A stretch of DNA of 64,000 bases, from the NCBI GenBank assembly GCA_020891255.1, contig BQFW01000014.1, positions 372,001 through 436,000 of the forward strand, read 5' to 3'. This document shows positions 58,701 through 64,000 of the stretch, piece by piece (the first letter of the stretch is position 1; every line of letters starts with the position of its first letter). The position numbers were made by a program, and so were the translations under genes. The DNA is from Entomortierella parvispora E1425. Lineage: Eukaryota > Fungi > Mortierellomycota. The notes beneath the pieces were generated by a model that searched no databases, was not told where the DNA came from, and saw nothing but the letters and a program-made list of their open reading frames with translations.

Positions 58701-58959
58701 GAATACGGGACTTTCAGACCCAGACAAGATCCGACTTCAGTGCGCCTTGGATGTCCATCGCTACAAGATTGAGGTAAGCACCGCACTCCATGTGATCTTG
58801 GCCGTTTTCTTGATATGGAAGCTGACAACGTTAACATTGCTCTTTTCGAAATAGCTGACAAAGTTCCAAGTCCTGCCGGATACGTTTGAGCCTTTCATGG
58901 AGCTGCAATCCCACACTCAGCCTTTTGAAAATCTACTGGCAACTGTACAGCAGGAGTAG
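55747..58959 (+). CDS. COG2: Conserved oligomeric Golgi complex subunit 2 (multi-exon; probably one GC-AG intron)
   Basis: DFNTDEFLSARRHLPLEELKSQ-L...LKTELVELINSDYADFINLSTNLNG, RLERVAIEYNQMQY, CLRTYALID, FHRNY, FMKRWQLPAYFSLRF, CWSPDVFI...FWKFTLQLLTRY, DPDKIRLQ. Confidence 0.92.
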
Positions 58960-59055
58960 ACATGCAACGCGTTACAATAAAAAAAAATCGCCCTACTATA
59001 CAATCATCGTTCATAATGGAAGCGATGGTTTTATTTGTACCACGGATGTAGAGTA

Positions 59056-60490
59056 TCACCAGTTTTTCTTTCGTCGATGCATTGAAATGTCGGTTTCTGG
59101 GATGTTAACTATACTCAGAACTTGAGTACTCGTGCCCATCAGCATGGATCGCTGTTCCGAGTTGAGCGTGGACCAGACTTGCTGTAGGTAGCCCTCTGCA
59201 TCCATAGATATTATCTCTCGGTCTGTGCTGTGGCCTTTGTTTCTAGAATTTCCTTCTGTCTCTCTGTCAACGTTACTATCAGAGATGGTACTGTTACTAT
59301 GGGATCTTGTCTGCGATTGCTCTTTCGCCGCGAAATGGAGATCGGCGTCTTCCTCAGAGTCTGTGCAAAAGAATTCTTCATCCAGTTGTATGTTTCGTGT
59401 CGCAGGAGGTGGCCTATGGATCGTCTCTCGTCAGCTTGAGGCAGGCATTCATAAAAGAGAAAGGTTGCCCAAACGAGAGAGTTGTTTTACCTTTTGATTC
59501 GCAAGATGGTCTCTGGAAGTCGTCTTTTCTTTGGGCCATGCTGTGGTGGCAGGGAATCTGATATATGGATCGGGCTCTGGTCGCTAACTGGTGGATGATT
59601 CTGAGTGCGCTTTTGACTAAAAGATGGCCCCATGGTGCGCCAGTACTGCGTTGTTGGAGTACCATCGTCACTTTCTGAACTGACATCACCTTGTATGAAC
59701 GTATCCAGCTCCTTGACTGCAACATCGATCGTACCACTGTGTGTTCTTGTTGTTTCGATAGAAATGTCGCGAATCGCGCGCTGTTGTCGCTGAGATGTCG
59801 CTGTAGGGGATATAGTCGCTGTAGGGAGTGTAGTCGCTGTAGGGGACTGCGAGGGTGTGCCATGATTCCCGATCTTGAGACTGTCGCCGTTGCTACCGCG
59901 TGCTTCGTTGCTGTTGGTCAGACTCAAGTACTGGAAGTCTGGTGAGGGTTGATATAATGCGACCGGTGATGGCGAAAATGACAACATGTTCTTGTTCATG
60001 AACGCTTCCATTCCACTTTGCAGGCTCTTGATCGCAGCACTACCGTGGTCGTCATCCACATCTCCACTGCTACAGTGATAGGGGCTGGCTTGCCAGCTCT
60101 CCAAGGCGGGAAAAGTTCTCTTGTATCGATTTAAAGAAACCACCGTCTTGCCTGTTATTGAATCGACGATCCATTCGGGTCGTAGGATTTTCATCATGGG
60201 TCTGCAAGTTTGTCCATTCTGTTTGGTTCTATCGCTAACAAACGCAATCTCGGCTTCCTCAATATCTTTAACGAGACCTCCATGAGTGACTATCAATAGC
60301 AGAGATGGTTAGCAGATACTCTTTCAAACATCGAGACGCTGGGAGATTAGATGCCTGCCAAGCCGATGAACGAAAAGGTATTTTTACTCCAACTGGTAAC
60401 GTATGACTGAAGCCCCGGAGCGAACCAGGCCGTTAAGCCATGAAATATTGTCGGCGAGGCTATGTGATGGGTCGGCGATGAAGAACTCAT
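59056..60490 (-). CDS. BRCT-like domain protein, candidate TERB2 homolog; join(60388..60490,59491..60289,59056..59413), 419 aa
   Basis: Introns GTAAAA(60387)..GATAG(60290) with branch CTAAC and GTAAAA(59490)..CATAG(59414) with branch CTGAC; the phases sum to 1260 nt. N-terminal IFHGLTAWFAPGLQSYVTSWITHGGLVKDIEEAEIAFVSD...ILRPEWIVDSI...VSLNRY is BRCT-like. The gene model is well supported; TERB2 orthology is an inference. Confidence 0.75.
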
Positions 60491-60717
60491 GCTGGCGAAT
60501 GGAAGAGGATGAAGTGATGAAAGAAAGGAAAGGAATGCTGACATGCACGCTTGGCATGTCCCTTTTTTTTCAGTGGCCACAAAAAAAATTAAATTCCCGA
60601 AAATTGGTGGCAAACAGACAGGGACAGCAAGTTTGACAAGGCGGGAATCTAATGCATTGTAAAGGTCTGTCTGCCTATGGTATGATGCTGTCTATAGTGA
60701 ATCTACGAATACCTTGC

Positions 60718-61662
60718 TTACGCCTCCCCATCCAACTTCATCTCCTTGTTTGCAATGTGGGCCAAGCGAACAAACTTTGTATGGCGTCCCAAAGCAACCA
60801 CCTTGTCACCGACCAAGATCTCAACAGTGGTGTAAGCCAAGGAGCCACCAACTCGATCGCATCTCGAGTTCTAACGACAATTCCAAAAGAAGAAGAAGGA
60901 GTAAGTAAGCAAGTAAGAACAGTCCCATTCGTTGCTGATCCTCCTCAAGGCGCCGAGAATCCACAAAACTGAAGCTTCTCTTACAATGGAAAGAGTATCT
61001 CCAAGCTTTGCACCAGACACAAAGGAGACGTTCAAATCTAAAGGGCGATGATGATTAGACAACCAAGTTAATAATGAATGTTCCAACAAACGGCTCCCAT
61101 CTCGAGTGGAAAACGGCGAGTGGCGCTGTATTACCAGTCGAAACTCCGGTGGCATGCATATCTTTCGAGGCGATGGCCAATGATCCTCCAACATCGACAA
61201 TTGTGCTGAGAAGTCCACCATGGCATCCTCCGAGACGGTTCTAATCAAAGGGATAACAACATCATCTTAGCTTAAACCATCGGAGTGAATCACTGTCTTT
61301 CACATATACACAATCATCCGATCAACTTCACTACTCATACCAAGTGCTGCTTAGAAACCTCGAGTTCAGCGAGGCAAGATCCCTTTGAGGCCGAGACCAG
61401 CTTGAGCTATCATAGATTGAGACCAAAGATCTCCATAGTTAGTTGCATCCCTAGATTTTGCACATCAGTCAGACTAAACCTTCAAAGATGTTTACCCCGG
61501 AAAGTGCATGCGCATCGTATCCGCCCTGATTCAAGAAGTTGGTCCTAGCAAAGACAAAAAAAAAATCGAGGTTAGAATCTTGCTACTCTGGCTTTAGTTT
61601 TTTTTTTTTTTTTTGGGCTTTGACTAGTACCAGACCCTCTTGACGTGGTTCAAAGTAGCCAT
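60718..61662 (-). CDS. ACOT13: Acyl-CoA thioesterase 13 (THEM2, PaaI hot-dog fold), 6 small exons, about 148 aa; missed by the ORF track
   Basis: Spliced product MATLNHVKRVW-TNFLNQGGYDAHALSG-LKLVSASKGSCLAELEVSKQHL-NRLGGCHGGLLSTIVDVGGSLAIASKDMHATGVST-DLNVSFVSGAKLGDTLSI-NSRCDRVGGSLAYTTVEILVGDKVVALGRHTKFV. The NxxGxxHGG, VD, GVSTD and GRHTKF motifs are present. Confidence 0.92.
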
Positions 61663-62122
61663 GGTGAGAATTAGACAGGGGTATGAGGAGAATGGTGATG
61701 AAGAAAGGGTGGAATGCGCCTGATCTCCCATTTCAGACAACCTCGGCTGATCTGCCCAAAAAAAGTCACGTGTACTCGTTTTCTTCCCACGGCCTTCGCC
61801 CAGGTACTTCAGAGTTCAAACAGCACTCTGCGCCTATTTCATTTTCCCGACTTCAGAAAGTACATAGCGACGTCTGCTTTCGTCGTTCCCATTACTGTAC
61901 CGATGCTGTGACAGCCAACTCCAAGCGCAAGACGTAAGGAAGACCTAGGCCATCAAACGAAAGCCCGAGATTCATTCGTGGAATAAAAAAAGAAGCTCGT
62001 CCTTTGCAAAGCCCGAACTTGAGATCCTCGCCATGTTTGAAGAAAAGGTGGTCTTTTATTTGAAGCGAGATCGCCAGAATGATCCATGATCTAACAAGGG
62101 CTCTACATGGTTTACTCCACTT

Positions 62123-62331
62123 ACCGATCCTGCACTTGCCCTCCATACTTCCAGATCCTTTCCAGTTGGTCTACGAGACCTCCAGTACTGCACTAACCGA
62201 TCCTGCACTTGCCCTCCATGCTTCCAGATCCTTCCAGTCAGCCTATGCCACCTCCAGTACTGTATTTACCGATCCTGCACTTGCCCTCTTGCTTTCAGAT
62301 CCTTTCCAGTCAGCCTACGCGACCTCCAGTT
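62123..62331. repeat. Minisatellite, about 3 copies of a 72-73 bp unit
   Basis: Copies start at 62123, 62196 and 62268 with ACCGATCCTGCACTTGCCCTC...CAGATCCTT(T)CCAGT...CCTCCAGT. Confidence 0.9.
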
Positions 62332-63235
62332 CAGTCCTGATTCAGTGAAATAAACAGATTCTACCCCCTTGCCACTGCAGTCTACTTTTGTGAGGTTCCT
62401 GACCCTGCGCTGCTATACAAATTTGAGTCCGATCGCTCTTCTCAGTACGAAGGTCTGACATCTAGAGCAAAACGCAATTTTAGTCATGTCGCCTCCAAAA
62501 TGCCGAAAAAAAGCGCTCAAAGGACGCGTCTTTCCTCCACTCTCGCAGACAGCATGCTCCCCTCCAACCTATGGTCACGCTTTGCCCTGCCAAGCCTCAT
62601 CCGAGTCCCGAGTCAAGTTTTTTTTATGGTCAAACACGTTTTCCTGGCTCGAGATGCTCGCCATTGGCCGCCTCCAAGCGCAAAGGCCTTCTCCCGAGTC
62701 ATTTTTTGCCCTATGTGGGTTTGAAGGTGCCAGTTTCTGAAGGAATGCAGCCAGCCAGGACGTGAATGTAAATGAGCCAGATGAATCCTCGTCCATGAAT
62801 GCGCCCATTCCGCCATGCGCCACTCATGTCTGCGACCATTCTTCGTCGAGATTCGAAAGAGAGAAGTTGCTTACATGGTTTACATGGTGCGTCATATTCA
62901 AGGCGCTTTTTGCCTTTTTGGGATCGCCGGGAGGACCTTACAAGCCAACATGGGATTTGTGCATGAGGATGGAAGGGACATGGTATGGGAAGGGAGGAAA
63001 GGACAGGGAAGGGGAGGAGGGTATGTGGAAGGTGAAGGTGAGGGAAGTAGGTAAAAAAGAGAAATGCTTGCATGGGATTTATACGACAGGGAAAAAAACA
63101 AGGTTGATCGGGGTCCGTCCCTTTTCGTACAAATACCAGCCCTCGCCCACTTTTTTTTTGTTGTTCTTCATCGCATCTTGCCTTCTTCAAAGCAACTTCT
63201 CAACCACAAAACACCACTGCAAAGCCCTTCCTCCT

Positions 63236-63278
<43 letters not shown>

Positions 63279-63280
63279 CC
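63236..63280. repeat. (CTGC)n/(CCTG)n tetranucleotide microsatellite, about 11 units
   Basis: Perfect run, directly visible. Confidence 0.92.
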
Positions 63281-63459
63281 ATGTTTACCGTCTGCCGCCA
63301 CCACGAACTCAAGGCTTCCTGCCGCGGTCCTAGTCACCCTCCTTGGTGATCAAGCATCCGACCACCTCCTGCTTTCAAGACCTCTGGTGCATATCATCCT
63401 TGGCAACCAAGAGCAATCTCGTCCTTGGCCGGGCCTCCTTCCGCGACGATACCTCTGCT

Positions 63460-64000
63460 CGTCCATCTGCAAGAACAGCCGTCTTCCATTCGGCTCATTG
63501 GCCTCTTCCATTCCGCGTCAAGAACAAGACATTGGCCCGAGCCCGCCACCAAGAATCTTTCGCGACTGCTCTCTGCGGTTGCAAGAAAGGAACAAGGTTC
63601 TCTACTTGGTCCCTCGGGAGGGTCTTGAGCTTCCCTGCTGAAGCACTACCCTCTAGATACCATGGGAGTTCCTGGCGTGCTCAACGGCCCTTTTGGGCCT
63701 TGAGCGACTACCTGCGCCTCCTTTTGTCGTTGCTGACATGGTTCTGTACTTGGTTCCTCGGCGGGTATTGAGCTTCCTTTGTTGAAGAACTACCTGCCTG
63801 ACACCTTGATGAGTTCCTGGCGTGCTTCACCTGCGCCTTGCTTCTGCCTTTATTCTTGGTCTGGCCACCCCGTCTGCAAGAACAGCTGCCCTCCATTCAG
63901 CTCATTGGCCCGCCTCATTGGCCCGCCTCATTCGCGACCAAGTTCAAGACATTGGCCCGAGCCCGCCACCAAGAATCTTTCGCGACTGCTCTCCGCGGTT
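63460..64000. repeat. Nested direct repeats (420-bp period containing a 144-bp internal duplication), continuing off the right edge
   Basis: GACATTGGCCCGAGCCCGCCACCAAGAATCTTTCGCGACTGCTCTC occurs at 63528 and 63948. A diverged block of about 90 bp occurs at 63592 and 63736. CTCATTGGCCCGC is repeated at 63901-63932. Confidence 0.8.

Noticed and set aside
62123-62331. CRISPR-like array
   Set aside because: The units are contiguous similar copies with no unique spacers, there are no cas genes, and the context is eukaryotic.
62079-62348. 89-aa repeat protein
   Set aside because: Unit lengths of 73 and 72 bp shift the frame between copies, so the ORF is a by-product of the minisatellite.

Overview
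This is a eukaryotic, intron-rich fungal genomic window. Its gene style (short GT-AG introns with CTAAC/CTGAC branch points, polyQ tracts, a Kelch-TM protein) suggests an early-diverging Mucoromycota fungus, probably Mortierellaceae; that placement is inference. I reconstructed 19 spliced or partial protein-coding genes by hand: TGL2-like lipase (partial), Msn2/Seb1-type C2H2 TF, PNGase PNG1, a bHLH TF, a Kelch-like type I membrane protein with Q40, RPL38, PP2C PTC2/3, a bacterial-style SAM methyltransferase, SART1/SNU66, YRA1/ALYREF, seipin, PKC1, a large ankyrin-UBA-PAM2-like protein, ABCF2/ARB1, a small uncharacterised fungal protein, PPE1/PPME1, COG2, a BRCT-like protein and ACOT13. Two large gene-free regions lie upstream of the two TFs, and repeats occupy the right edge. 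The strongest novel lead is the 419-aa BRCT-like gene at 59056-60490 (-). It matches both the N-terminal domain and the C-terminal MAJIN-binding motif of metazoan TERB2 as I recall that sequence, so it is a candidate fungal member of the TERB1-TERB2-MAJIN meiotic telomere system. Other leads are an intron-containing methyltransferase of apparently bacterial type, an ankyrin/UBA/triple-PAM2-like protein, an unassigned Pol III-style ncRNA candidate and a GC-AG intron in COG2. No CRISPR array, rRNA, canonical tRNA or intact transposon was recognised. All family assignments come from motif recognition, not database searches.
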